From NCBI GenBank assembly GCA_964016885.1, contig OZ024743.1, forward strand, positions 86,056,001 through 86,120,000: a stretch of DNA of 64,000 nt. The letters are read 5' to 3'. Origin of the DNA: Eledone cirrhosa (taxonomy: Eukaryota). The notes below the pieces were generated by a model. That model saw only the letters and a program-made list of their open reading frames with translations. It was not told where the DNA came from and made no database searches. Both the position numbers and the translations under genes were made by a program. Shown piece after piece: positions 23,501 to 33,387 of this stretch (positions within the stretch are counted from its first letter, which is position 1; the number at the start of each line of letters is the position of its first letter).

Positions 23501-26500
23501 AGGTCCCTGAAAAATCAATGTGTGTGTGTGTGTGGGGGGGGGGGGGGGAGATTATTTGAGATCCAAGAGTAGCTTTCTGTGTGCGTATATGTATGCACAT
23601 GTATATATACATATGTGTGTGAGAGTATGTTTATTTATCATCACCATCATTACTACCGTTTTACATTTGTTTTCTAAGTTGGCATGGGCTGGACTGGTTG
23701 TCACATTCTGAGACTAGACAGAACACATGAGCATGCCTTGCTTATATGTACCAATTTGGCATAGCTTCTATGGGTGAATGCCGTTCCTAACACAAACCAC
23801 TTTACAGCATGTATTGGATGCATTTTATCATAACACCACTGCTATCACCCTTCAAACTGGACTGGGTGAATGTCGTGGCCTCCAGCACTACCACTTTACA
23901 GAGTGTACTGGGTGCGTTTTATCGTGACTTCCAGCCATAGAAATCATGCCAAATATGGAACATATGAGCAAGATGAGGCCTCTCTGACCCATTTAATTTC
24001 AGATTGTGACAACTCGTCCAACCTATGACAGTATGGAATGCAGATGTACAGTGATGGTGATGATGATAATCTCTCTCCCTCTTTCTCTCTCATATATATA
24101 TATATCATCATCATCACTGCTTAATGTCCACTTTTCATGCTAGCATGGGTTAGACGAGTTGTAACATTGTGAGACAAGCCAGGTCAGATGACCAAGTTTT
24201 CTCACACAGAACAGATTTGGGCTTGGTTTCTATGACTGGAAGCCCCTCCTAATGACTTACAATATGTATTGGATGCTTTTTGTTGTGACATCTACACCAG
24301 CATAAACGAATTGAGAGAGAGACTGAGCATAAGAGGAATCAAATGCTGTGTGCAGGAGAGGCGGTTGCATTGGTATGGACGTGATGCGTATGAAGGATGA
24401 CAGCTGCATAAAAAGGTGCAGAGCACTAGAAATCGATGGAAACCGCGGAGTGGGGAGACCCAAGAAGACCTGGGATGAGGTGATAAAAGCCGACCTTACC
24501 CAATTACACCTCTCAAAAGCGATGACACACGACCATGACCTCTGGTGTCACGCAGTAATACAGAAGACCCGACCCCCCACAGGTACAAGCCGAAGCTGAA
24601 GCATATAGACAACCCGTCTAACCCATGGTAACGTGGAATAATGGACGTAAAACGGTGATGGTGATGATGATGATGATTATATATATAATATATGCTCTCC
24701 TGGTGATCTTCTACAAAGTTTCCCTCTACCAAATTTCTCTTATAAGCATTGGTCAGTTCAAGGCTATAATAGAAGACACCTGCTCAAGGTGTCGTGCAGT
24801 GGGATCAAACCTAAAATCCTGTGTTTGCAATGCAAGTTTTTTAACTGGAGAACTATCATCATCATCATCATTTCATTTTACGTCCACTTTTCCCTGCTTG
24901 CAAGGGTGGGACGGGAACTGATTCTGGCTTGATTTCTACAGCTGGATGCCCTTCCTAACACCAACCTCATTTACAGTGAGTGCTGGGTGCTTTTTTGCCG
25001 TGGCACCTCCACGACCACTTTGCAGTGGAATGATAGGGACCCCAGTCCCTTTCATCTCATTTCTACAGCTGAGTAAACTGGAGCAATGTGAAATAAAATG
25101 TCTTGCTCAAGGAAACAACACATCACCCGGTCTGAGAATTGAACTCACAACCTTTTGATTGCAAGGCCAATGCTCTAACCACTATGCCATGTGCCTCCCT
25201 ATACCTGTGCTTATAATTAAATTATTTCTTTGTGTGTTTGTAGGTAGCAATATCTTGCAGCCAATGTCTGGTGGTAAACCTGTTCAGTTGACTGGAAAAG
25301 CTGTGCAGACAACCAAGGGAATTTTGCAGATTGATGGGAAATCCCGGCCCTCAGTGAATGTCATTCAAACTGCTCAGGGAACACTGCCGACAATAAACAT
25401 TATACCACAGGGTAGCAACACTCCTGTGGTCACTCTGACAGATTCTGCCCAAATGACCAGACCAACGAGTTCAACAGGTATGCTTTAGAAGTCATTATTT
25501 GAAAGGTTTAGTGCTGGGTGGATTAATGGATGGATGGCTGAATGAAAAAAATAAGGGGAAAAAAAAATTTAATTCAACCCTTTAGCATTTACATTACTCT
25601 ATATTTACTATATTATTTTCACATTTTCACAGTAAAGGCTTTATCTCACATAATATCAAATTTATGAGATTTTGATATTATTTTGAGAACAATACCTTAA
25701 TATTAGTATGAGTGGCTAGTTACGGCCGGTTTGAACAGAAAGAGGTGAGAGAATTCTGATCAGATACCGCCAGTTTAAATGCTAAAGGGTTAAAGCTCAC
25801 ACCTGTGCAGGTCTAGCTGGCTTCCTGCGTGTTTGCATCTCATAGGAGGTTTCTTTGGTGTTTTAATGAGAGGAGGCCTCCATTACTTTCATAAAAAGCA
25901 TCATGAAAAGAAGTGTCTTCCTTAAGAAGACAATGCCTCACCCAGTCCAGGAATTGAACCCACAGGCTTATGATCATGAGTTCAACACCTTAACCACTAG
26001 GGTGCTGAATCATCATTTCATCATCATTTCATTTTACGTCCGTTTTTCCCTGCTTGCAAGGGTGGGACAGGAACTGATTCTGGCTTGATTTCTACAGCTG
26101 GATGCCCTTCCTAACACCAACCTCATTTACAGTGAGTGCTGGGTGCTTTTTTGCTGTGGCACCTCCACGATCACTTTGCAGTGGAATGATAGGGACCCCA
26201 GTCCCTATCATCTCATTTCTACAGCTGAGTAAACTGGAGCAATGTGAAATAAAGTGTCTTGCTCAAGGAAACAACACATCACCCGGTCTGAGAATTGAAC
26301 TCACAACCTTTCGATTGCAAGGCCAATGCCCTAACCACTAAGCCATGTGCCTCCATGCAGGACTGATTTATCATTTTATTTCACATGAGGCTGGTGGATT
26401 GGCAGATTTGATGGAACATTGGAAAAATTGCTTTGCAGTATTTCTTCCAACTTTTTATGCTTTGTGTTCAACTCATGCTGAAGTCAACTTTGCCTTTCAT

Positions 26501-29477
26501 CCTTCGAGGGTCGATAAAATAAAGTACCAGTGAAGTACTGGAGTCGATATAATGAACTTTCTCTTCCCTAAAACTGCTGGCTTTGTGCCTAAATCAGGAG
26601 TCATTATTTTATCACTGACGTTTGTAGCTTGACAAAAGACACACAAACACATAAAAGTGTATGTGTGTTTCTCTATGTAATACAGTGACTGCAACCTGAT
26701 GACGTCCATTCCGCCTTACCAGTAATTGGAGTAGTTTGTTGTTTGGTTGAGAGGGCTGGGGTATGGTTTTGAAGGATGTGTTTGAATTTAATTTATAGCT
26801 GATGCGATATGGTTTTATGGATAGGGTTCATTGTAGGATAATGATTTACATTTGCTTGAATTCATAAATAGCATAAGATTGCTTTAGATTTGTTTATGTT
26901 CTAGTTGAGACATATATGATCTTAGTTCATCATCATTGTTTTTATGCCCACTTTTCCACACTTGTATGGTTTGGACGGGTTCTTCTTAACATGGCATCTC
27001 TCCACACGTCACGATTCTTTGTCATCGCCTCTGGGAATCTCAGTGATTTAAGGTCATTTCTCACAACCTCTGCCTAGGTCTTTCTTGGTCTTCCTTCCAT
27101 TGGCATTTCTTGGCACTTCTTCACCTAACGATCATTGTCCATGTGCATCACATGTCCTTAACAAGGCAGTCTTCTCTCCTGCACACTACCTCTGATTCTT
27201 CTTAAACCCAGCTTCTCCCTCAACTCATCCAAGCTCTGCCTCTCTCTCATACTTACATTACACATCCAACAGAGCATGTTTGCTTCATTTCTTTCCAGTC
27301 TATGCTTGTCCTCTGCAGTCATAAGTTATATAAAGCAACTTTTTAACCATTCAGCTGTGTCTGGTGGTAACTAGTCTAGTACCGGACTATATGTTTTACA
27401 AGGTTTTGATCAAACTGTTGTCTTTATTTGTATTTAAGGTAAAGAAATATTTTAAATCTTTTATCTTTAAAACTTGCCATTTTATGTTTGAAATCTTTTC
27501 TTTCAGTGACAGCCAATTCAGGAACCACTACAGTACTTAGCTCGGCATTGCAATCTGCAACTGTAATGTCCCAGCTGAAAACAGTTGCTGTTACAACCTC
27601 AGCAAACACTTTGCTCGGTCAGCAGCCTTTACAAGTTGTCAGTCAGCCGAAGGTTGTCTCCCCTGCTCAAGGGGGTATTGTAGTTACACATCTGGCCCCT
27701 GGAAACATCACACTCCGGCCAGGTAAGAAGCTCCACATCCTACTATTTTTAAGTAATAGCTTTTACTTTCATAGTTATCATAGTACTGTTTTGTACTTTG
27801 AAAAAATGTATTGCTAATGTAGATTCACGAGGTACAAAATTTAGCATTTACATTACTCTGTTGTATTTTTGCAGTAAAGGCTTTATTTCACATAATGTCG
27901 AAGCTATGAGATTTTGATATTATTTATTTTGAGAACATTACCGTAACATCAGTATGAGTGGCCAGTTACAGCCGATTTGAACAGAAAGAAGAGAGAGAAT
28001 TCTGGCCGGATACGGCGGGTTTAAATGCTAAAGGGTTAACTCTGAACATCTTGGCATGATTTAGCAGAAAATATCTAAAATTGTGTTTGTTACTTCACAT
28101 GTTTATAGTATCTTTACTAATGGAGAGGTTGTTGTGAATATTTAATATAATGCAATCATAGTGCTGTTTTAGTATTTTTCAAGAATGTTTGGCTAATGTT
28201 GTCTCATGCAGTACAGGATGTTAAAAGTTAAATTAGTGACTTAGGCTGAACTATGAGTTCAAACTTTGCCTCGGTTATTACAGTGTTCTGCTCGTAAATA
28301 GGTAAATTAATGATAATATATTTGATACATCATCATCATCATTTTTATATTTACTTTTCCATACTGGCATGGGTTGAATGAAACTTTTGAGGCAGTATTC
28401 TATCGCTGGGTGACCTTCTTGACACCAAACTATACTTTCTTATTTTTCCTAAGTGTAGTATATGCCATTCATTTTTGTTATTCCAGTTAGCTGTAGGACA
28501 CAAACAAATGTCACCGTTTATCCTAAACAGTGCCAATATGAGCATGCACACACACACACACACACAATGGGCTTGTTCAGTTTCCATGTACGAAATTCAC
28601 TCATAAGGTATTGGTCAGTTCAAGGCTCTAATAGAAAATAGAGGGTCTCCCCCAAAATTGACACCATTTAAGATGTGAATATCTGAGTAACTAACTACAT
28701 GTCCTAGACAAACGAAATTAAATAGGCTTCATGTTGAACAATACAAGATTTATTTATCAAAATTCGAACTTAAAATCCAGACGGATGTAGATGTTATAAC
28801 CGATTTCACAAAGCTTCACAAATGTTCAATATGTGCATCACCTGTGACACGACATATGTCAAGTCTGTAGTCCAGCTCCTGCCAAACACACTGTAGCATG
28901 TCTTACATAACAGTCTCCAGCGTATCAGTGATTGTTTGCTTGAGTTCCTCTAGTCTTGTAGGAATAGACGGGTATATAAACCAGTCCTTTAACATAGCCC
29001 CATAGAAAAAAATCACAATGTGTCATGTCAGGTGAACATGATGGCCATTTCAACAGCACACTGTCTTTATCACTGGCACACCTGGTCTGTCTCCCTATTA
29101 CGAAGGAAACCTTTAACATTAAGCTTGGTTAATTTTTACACATTTTGTTAAACTTTGTGATAATTTGAACTTGAATTGACTGTTATTAGACTTCGAAATG
29201 ATGTAAATTTTGAGAGCATGAGATCAAACATAAAATCATGTAGGTGTGAAGCAAACTTCCTAACCTCACAACTATACCTGCACCTATAAGTTGATGTTTA
29301 CATATCTAATATGAGGAGTTTTAAATAGTTGATTAGCAATTAACCCATTTTGTTTAATAAAATAATTAGCTTTTTCATTAAGCTGATGTTTGGAACATTA
29401 CTTAAAAGTTTCTTTGAAAAAGAATTTGATGGAACGCTTTAATATAAATATGAATTTTTCAAAATGAGATTTTGTGC

Positions 29478-29527
<50 letters not shown>

Positions 29528-31959
29528 CCAACCTATGCAAGCATGAAAAAGCAAATGTAAAAACAATCATCATGATGATGATACATATATAGCATGTACA
29601 TATTAAATGTTGAAAATATTCCCCTTCTTTTTAATATTTTTGTTCTTTGTCTGTTTTGAAGGATTATCTGGAGTTTCCCAAGCAAAAGTTGTGACAGCTG
29701 CTCAAGCTGGTTTACTCCCTGCCCAGTTTATACTACATCAGCCAGCAACTGGGACAAGTGTTAAAGTTGGTACTGCTGACACCACTGTGACACCTACAGT
29801 GAGTCAAGGTAAACTAAATAATCTTTTGCTTTATATAAATAGTGATTTCTTCTTCTTCTCGTATGATATATGCATTATAGTTAGAGAGACAGACTAAGGT
29901 GTGACAAAAGAGAGAGACAGACTAAGGTGTGACAAAAGAGAGAGACAGACTAAGGTGTCACAGTAGAGAGACAGACTAAGGTGTGACAATAGAGAGGCAG
30001 ACTAAGGTGTGACAATAGAGAGCCAGACTAAGGTGTCACAACAGAGAGACAGACTAAGGTGTCACAACAGAGAGACAGACTAAGGTGTCACAACAGAGAG
30101 ACAGACTAAGGTGTGACAATAGAGAGGGACAGACTAAGGTGTGATAATAGAGAGACAGACTAAGGTGTGACAATAGAGAGACAGACTAGGGTGTGACAAT
30201 AGAGAGACAGACTAGGGTGTGACAATAGAGAGGGACAGACTAAGGTGTGACAATATAGAGAGACAGACTAGGGTGTGACAATAGAGAGACAGACTAGGGT
30301 GTGACAATAGAGAGGGACAGACTAAGGTGTGACAATAGAGAGACAGACTAGGGTGTGACAATAGAGAGGGACAGACTAAGGTGTGACAATAGAGAGACAG
30401 ACTAGGGTGTCACAATAGAGAGTCAGACTAAGGTGTCACAATAGAGAGTCAGACTAAGGTGTCACAGTAGAGAGCCAGACTAAGGTGTGACAATAGAGAG
30501 GCAGACTAAGGCGTCACAATAGAGAGACAGACTAAGGTGTCACAATAGTGAGACAGACTGAGGTGTCACAATAGTGAGACAGACTAAGGTGCCACAATAG
30601 AGAGACAGACTGAGGTGTCACAACAGAGAGACACACTAAGGTGCCACAATAGAGACAGACTAAGGTGTGACAATAGAGAGACAGACTAAGGTGTGACAAT
30701 AGAGAGACAGACTAAGGTGTGACAATAGAGAGACAGACTATTCATCATTATGGATTGCCACTGGGCTGCAATCCCAAACAACATGCAGTACTGTCTGGTC
30801 AGGGTCCCCACAGTCAACTGCTGGGCTGTCTTTCATTTTCCTTAAATGGAAATGATAGGCATCCTGGTGTGTGTTATGTGGATCCAATTAAGGAACACCC
30901 ATTGCGGGAAGATCAAAGCCAGCTGGCTTAGATGTGGGGTCCTGGTTGAGGTCTTGGTTGGTAAATTTGGACTCATTCAATGATTTTCATCACATTCCTT
31001 CAGATCAAAGTTTTACTGATTTGTAATCTAGGCACAAGGCCTGCAATGTATGGGGAAGGGAAAGTCAATTATATTAACTCCAGTATTTTCTTTGGGTTTT
31101 TATATTAGTAATGACTTCTAATTTTGGCACAAAACCTGCAATTTGTGTGAAGGGAAAGTGACCCCAGTAATTGATTGATATTTTATTTTATCACTCTGGA
31201 AGGATGAAAGGCAAAGTTAACTTTGGTGGGATTTGAATTCAAAATATAAAGAGCCAGAACAAATATAGTTATGACATTTTATCCGATGCTCCACCCATTC
31301 TGTAGGCCACCACTTTAAAAATAATGATCCAGTAATTTCAGGGAGGCAAAGTTGATTATATCGATCCCTGTACTCAACTGGTACTTTATATTATTGATCT
31401 TGGAAGGATTTGAACTCAGAATGTAAAAAGCCAGAAAAAATATTGTAATGACATTGCTTGTTTTGATATTAATGGATTATCCCATGTATTATCTTATTCT
31501 CTTCTAGCTACACCTATAATTGTAAGCAGCAACAGTGGAAAGCCCACACAAAATATCCAGGTTGTAAGAACTGTACTTTCACAGCCATCCAGTGTAAAAG
31601 CAGGTCAAACAACAATCTTGATCTCACAGCCAGCTTTGCAACAGTCTGGTACGACAGTCTTATCTTCAGCGCAATTACTACAGACAGCTAAAGTTCAAGG
31701 AAAGTTTGCTGGCAAGGGGAAGCCACCTCCAGTCTATGCTCGGATCATAACTCCATCGGCCGGTATGAAACTAGCAACAGTGACACCAGGTCAGGCACTT
31801 CCTGCACAAGGGGTTAGTGTCATTCAGGCTGCCACAGCAGCAGCAGCTGCTAATAAACTGTCTTCTTCTGCAATTACAGCAACTGCTTCAGCACAGGCAG
31901 TTAAAAACCAAGAGCGCAACAGCAGCAATAACAGTGGTAACACAGGAGAATCAAAATGA
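442..31959 (+). CDS. NFRKB: Nuclear factor related to kappa-B-binding protein (INO80 subunit G), 3' 19 coding exons, 5'-partial
   Basis: Manual splicing of exons 442-557, 3423-3493, 4271-4393, 6580-6695, 7475-7568, 8707-8914, 13227-13329, 14402-14528, 15005-15194, 17040-17100, 17951-18125, 18939-19045, 19589-19712, 21302-21375, 21761-22655, 25244-25477, 27507-27722, 29662-29808, 31508-31959 gives one open frame of 3633 nt with GT-AG introns and matching phases. Recognised NFRKB motifs: RILKEVQEEC..SSDEE, WQESPTSSLNQW, YVVKPTTEEEK..FKEQE, MHGYDSVVGPVKGV, VRDAAARLPNGEGTR, VVSGALDRLHYEKDPCVKYD, IHQAQ. Confidence 0.95.
594..1268. repeat. 48-bp minisatellite, about 14 copies
   Basis: Unit cagcaagggtgatggtttgtcagatggattgttagagcctcrgtrymt; accounts for the 236-aa repetitive ORF. 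Confidence 0.95.
1786..1996 (+). mobile_element. piggyBac-type MITE family 1
   Basis: TTAA|CCCTTTAGCATTTA...TAAATGCTAAAGGG|TTAA: TIRs with CCC/GGG ends and TTAA TSD. Confidence 0.9.
2323..2719 (-). mobile_element. tRNA-derived CORE-type SINE with RTE-derived (ATG)n tail
   Basis: On the minus strand: A box tggcttagtgg, B box gttcaattc, CORE-like ccttgagcaagacact, 3' ...ggacgtaaaatgatgatg. Near-identical copies elsewhere in the window. Confidence 0.88.
2930..3237. mobile_element. Palindromic Penelope-pLTR-like element with degenerate hammerhead in both arms
   Basis: About 140-bp inverted arms; CTGAAGA-stem II-AAAA-TATGTA-TC on the minus strand at 2983-3041, mirrored at 3121-3180. Confidence 0.65.
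3423..3493 (+). CDS. NFRKB: NFRKB exon (ILKEVQEECNAEDSSSDEEVEDP)
   Basis: ttccag acceptor, gtgagt donor, phase 2-1; matches the NFRKB VLREVKEEC..SSDEE motif. Confidence 0.92.
3600..3935 (-). mobile_element. RTE LINE 3' fragment (family A)
   Basis: Degenerate translation RSRIQVAKMGFL...EIRESLQVEPLLLQIERSQFRYYRHVVRM. Confidence 0.85.
4271..4393 (+). CDS. NFRKB: NFRKB exon (AQKNRKHLLH...NGEIV)
   Basis: tttttcag acceptor, gtgagt donor, phase 1-1. Confidence 0.88.
4512..4720 (+). mobile_element. piggyBac-type MITE family 1
   Basis: Homologous to 1786-1996; TTAA flanks at 4508 and 4721. Confidence 0.85.
4928..5445 (-). mobile_element. RTE LINE 3' end with long 3' UTR (family B)
   Basis: (CAT)n tail; reverse complement matches the ORF end cgcagtaatacagaagac seen at 24550 and 59850. 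Confidence 0.7.
6273..6470 (-). mobile_element. piggyBac-type MITE family 1, inverted and truncated
   Basis: Reverse complement of 1786-1996; ends gggttaa. Confidence 0.85.
6580..6695 (+). CDS. NFRKB: NFRKB exon (DSNGQSK...DYKAMLRDYKRRKTENG)
   Basis: ttacag acceptor, gtaagt donor, phase 1-0. Confidence 0.9.
6827..7113. mobile_element. Tc1/mariner-type MITE
   Basis: TA|CTCTTGGGTCTCGAATAAT...ATTATTTGGGACCCAAGAG|TA; another terminus near 23548-23571. Confidence 0.75.
7475..7568 (+). CDS. NFRKB: NFRKB exon (EQPELDIRSVTLADILARCQ...)
   Basis: Polypyrimidine tract plus aag acceptor (tandem aag-gag-cag, so the start could be 7475, 7478 or 7481), gtaaat donor, phase 0-1. Confidence 0.88.
7600..7975 (-). 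mobile_element. RTE LINE 3' end
   Basis: EGRRSRGRPRKSW.EVV...DRDEWR C-terminus followed by cccacccttgcaagca...gacgtatgatgatg. Confidence 0.88.
8401..8474 (-). ncRNA. Type I hammerhead ribozyme motif
   Basis: Minus strand tatttcat-CUGAUGA-long stem II (ctagacg/cgtctag)-GAAA-cc ttt gg-UA^-atggaata; 8-bp stem I. Confidence 0.75.
8707..8914 (+). CDS. NFRKB: NFRKB exon, Lys-rich (NLS-like KKVKKKGEKLKKLK)
   Basis: ctgtag acceptor, gtaagt donor, phase 1-2. Confidence 0.9.
10961..11027 (+). ncRNA. Type I hammerhead ribozyme motif (Penelope pLTR-like)
   Basis: tattttat-CUGAUGA-ggacgtactg/cagtacctct-GAAA-tatata-UA^-ataaaata; perfect 8-bp stem I, 9/10 stem II, palindromic stem III. Confidence 0.85.
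11317..11381 (-). ncRNA. Type I hammerhead ribozyme motif (inverted copy of 11493-11557)
   Basis: CUGACGA core, otherwise identical to the + strand copy. Confidence 0.8.
11493..11557 (+). ncRNA. Type I hammerhead ribozyme motif
   Basis: tattttat-CUGAUGA-aagcacacca/tggtgtcctt-GAAA-tatgta-UA^-atgaaata. Confidence 0.82.
13227..13329 (+). CDS. NFRKB: NFRKB exon (TLPPKLPFGQYESFFSLLRDLIC..., start of winged-helix-like domain)
   Basis: tttcag acceptor, gtaaac donor, phase 2-0; SFFSLL motif. Confidence 0.92.
13982..14380. mobile_element. mariner-derived MITE containing an RTE 3' fragment (about 14110-14320)
   Basis: TA|CGAGGGGGTGTTGAAAAGTTACTGGCTTT...AAAGCCAGGAACTTTTCAACATCCCCTCG|TA; mariner-like GEYVE* remnant near 14080. 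Confidence 0.85.
14402..14528 (+). CDS. NFRKB: NFRKB exon (LDDKVKEWQESPTSSLNQW...ALKFLSG)
   Basis: ttttcag acceptor, gtaagt donor, phase 0-1. Confidence 0.93.
15005..15194 (+). CDS. NFRKB: NFRKB exon (FIPLIDYKERAQQWRWIGSGRDAD...PPPRV)
   Basis: tttcag acceptor, gtaagt donor, phase 1-2. Confidence 0.93.
15391..15700 (-). mobile_element. Helitron-like 3' portion
   Basis: Same palindromic CTAG end and internal repeats as 43230-43545, in opposite orientation. Confidence 0.55.
16083..16435. repeat. 119-bp tandem repeat, 3 copies plus degenerate copies to about 16630
   Basis: tgtagatactgcacactccaac recurs at 16083, 16202 and 16321. Confidence 0.93.
16655..16917 (-). mobile_element. CORE-type SINE lacking the tRNA head
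   Basis: Matches the family up to ...acatcacccg and then stops. Confidence 0.88.
17040..17100 (+). CDS. NFRKB: NFRKB exon (KTNYVVKPTTEEEKSSFKEQ)
   Basis: ttgtag acceptor, gtgtgt donor, phase 2-0. Confidence 0.92.
17700..17895. repeat. (CAC)n / poly-C low-complexity tract
   Basis: Directly visible. Confidence 0.9.
17951..18125 (+). CDS. NFRKB: NFRKB exon (ERKRFEYPHLGFTYHMHGYDSVVGPVKGV...YVTILTL)
   Basis: tttcag acceptor, gtaagc donor, phase 0-1; strongly conserved segment. Confidence 0.95.
18939..19045 (+). CDS. NFRKB: NFRKB exon (VRDAAARLPNGEGTRGDICELLKDSQFLAP)
   Basis: tgatag acceptor, gtaagc donor, phase 1-0; diagnostic motif. Confidence 0.96.
19589..19712 (+). CDS. NFRKB: NFRKB exon (INTVVSGALDRLHYEKDPCVKYDVNRKLWIYLHRSRTEQEF)
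   Basis: ttccag acceptor, gtaact donor, phase 0-1; diagnostic motif. Confidence 0.96.
19769..19885 (-). mobile_element. Minimal tRNA(Thr-TGT-like) plus CR1-tail SINE or chimeric retrocopy
   Basis: Minus strand gctttcatagctcagtgatcagaacaatagtcTTGTAAActaggtgtttgagttcaatcctcacagga fused to tgagcactttacacaataatttc(att)n, identical to the LINE tail at 46147-46184. Confidence 0.75.
20508..20894 (-). mobile_element. CORE-type SINE, full length, long (ATG)n tail
   Basis: Same family as 2323-2719. Confidence 0.9.
21302..21375 (+). CDS. NFRKB: NFRKB exon (KIHQAQGAAVKAKKSLQKPKSSKS)
   Basis: tttcag acceptor, gtaagt donor, phase 1-0. Confidence 0.92.
21761..22655 (+). CDS. NFRKB: NFRKB large Ser/Thr-rich low-complexity exon
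   Basis: ttctag acceptor, gtaact donor, phase 0-1; corresponds to ORF 21773-22831. Confidence 0.9.
22710..23092. repeat. (GTG/GTT/GTA)n low-complexity tract
   Basis: Directly visible; source of the Val-, Gly- and Thr-rich spurious ORFs. Confidence 0.9.
24300..24675 (+). mobile_element. RTE LINE 3' end (family B)
   Basis: VMRMKDDSCIKRCRALEIDGNRGVGRPKKTWDEVI...LWCHAV, then (ATG)n tail. Confidence 0.88.
24856..25198 (-). mobile_element. CORE-type SINE
   Basis: Same family; its head ends about 45 bp upstream of an NFRKB exon. Confidence 0.9.
25244..25477 (+). CDS. NFRKB: NFRKB C-terminal exon (SNILQPMSGGKPVQL...)
   Basis: ttgtag acceptor, gtatgc donor, phase 1-1. Confidence 0.88.
25578..25789 (+). 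mobile_element. piggyBac-type MITE family 1
   Basis: TIRs as at 1786-1996. Confidence 0.88.
26011..26355 (-). mobile_element. CORE-type SINE
   Basis: Same family. Confidence 0.9.
26927..27320 (-). mobile_element. RTE LINE 3' end
   Basis: Homologous to 7600-7975. Confidence 0.8.
27507..27722 (+). CDS. NFRKB: NFRKB C-terminal exon (TANSGTTTVLSS...ITLRP)
   Basis: tttcag acceptor, gtaaga donor, phase 1-1. Confidence 0.88.
27840..28035 (+). mobile_element. piggyBac-type MITE family 1, left end clipped
   Basis: Homologous to 1786-1996; right end gggttaa. Confidence 0.85.
28640..29215 (-). mobile_element. Tc1/mariner transposase relic
   Basis: WPSCSPDMTHCDFFLWGYVKGLVY resembles the WPPRSPDLxPxDFFLWGYxK motif around the third catalytic residue; frameshifted. 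Confidence 0.8.
29662..29808 (+). CDS. NFRKB: NFRKB C-terminal exon (LSGVSQAKVVTAAQ...)
   Basis: ttgaag acceptor, gtaaac donor, phase 1-1. Confidence 0.85.
29883..30739. repeat. 26-28-bp minisatellite, about 30 copies
   Basis: Unit agagagacagactaaggtgtgacaat. Confidence 0.95.
31508..31959 (+). CDS. NFRKB: NFRKB last coding exon (TPIIVSSNSGK...NTGESK*)
   Basis: ttctag acceptor, phase 1, TGA at 31957-31959. Confidence 0.88.
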
Positions 31960-32429
31960 CAACAGTGATAATAATAATGATGTATACATTAGTTTTATTA
32001 TCTCTCTCTCTCTCTCTTTTCTTTCCCTCTCTTCACTGGTCCTCAATACCCTTTCACGGACGGACACACACACACATTCACATAAATATATACGCACTTT
32101 CTAATTGGCCTATAAAATATTGTGATGCAATTATGCGAACATTGTTGGATTCTGTATTTTAGCTGAACTTATATAAAGTACACATCACAGATGGTGACAT
32201 ATTCCCTTAAGAAACCTGTAAATACACCTGACCTACTTCACCAATGTATACACTTTTGTTGTTAAACCTTATCTTTTTTTTTTCACCTATACTGTTCAAA
32301 GTCTTCATTACTTCTACTCACAGTTTCATCAGCAATTGCACTATTTATGATGTGGGTCTTTCAATCTGACTCATGGGTTGATAGGTGTGTTGTCATTTGT
32401 GTGTGTGTATCATCATCGTCATCATTTAA

Positions 32430-32648
32430 CCCTTTAGCATTTACATTACTCTATATTTACTATTGTATTTTCCTGGTAAAGGCTTTATCTCTCATAATTA
32501 TCTCACATAGTATCAAATCTATGAAATTTTGATATTATTTATTTTCAGAACAATACCTTAACGTCAGTGTGAGCAGCTGTTTGAACAGTTTGAACAGAAA
32601 GAGGTGAGAGAATTCTGTCTGGATACAGCTGGTTTAAATGCTAAAGGG
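32430..32648 (+). mobile_element. piggyBac-type MITE family 1 nested in a retroelement tail
   Basis: TTAA TSDs at 32426 and 32649; flanks rejoin to catcatttaatgtctatttttccc. Confidence 0.9.
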
Positions 32649-33387
32649 TTAATGTCTATTTTTCCCTACTAGCAAGAGTTGGGCAGGTCTTACAGACTGA
32701 GTCAGTAGTACTTAAGTTTACTGTACACTGGTGTCCATATGTACTGATATGTTAATTTTATATTCAATTACTTTGGGGTGAATAGAAATTGAATTTTGTT
32801 ACAAGGGGCTTATCAAGTAAAATGTTTGTGAAGCCCTGGTCTATATAAAGATAAAAAGAAAACCTCCAACCTTCTCTGAGCCAAAGGAGACCATAATCCA
32901 ATACTCAGCTCCAATCTCTGTTGTGTTAAGCAGATGTCAATTATTTAATCCCTTTTTTGAAAATAACTCTTAACTTATTACTTAATCATCATCATCACTG
33001 TTTTACGTCTATTTTCAATGCCAGCATGGGTTAGACAGGTTTGTTCCATTATAGGCAGGTGACCGTGTCTTTCTTATGTAGGACTGTTTCTGGCTAGATT
33101 CCTAACACCAACCACATTTACAGTGTCTGCTGGGTGCTTTTTGCCATGTCTCCTACACGACCACTTTACAGTGTGTACTGGGTGCTTTTAGTTGTGACAC
33201 CTACACGACCACTTTACAGCATGGGCTGGATGTTTTTCTGATATCAACATAACTTTATAGAGTAAGGATGGTGTGGGTGGAAGTGGGAGGTTGGTGTAGG
33301 GGCGTGGTGGTGTATGGTGGACTAGGAGGTGCCTACTGGGTGTATGTTTGAGTCTGTGCACAAGGGAAGGCAGGTCTTCTGTATTAA

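Noticed and set aside
594-30739. Tandem arrays (594-1268, 29883-30739) as CRISPR-like arrays
   Set aside because: Units abut with no unique spacers, no cas genes, and the context is eukaryotic.
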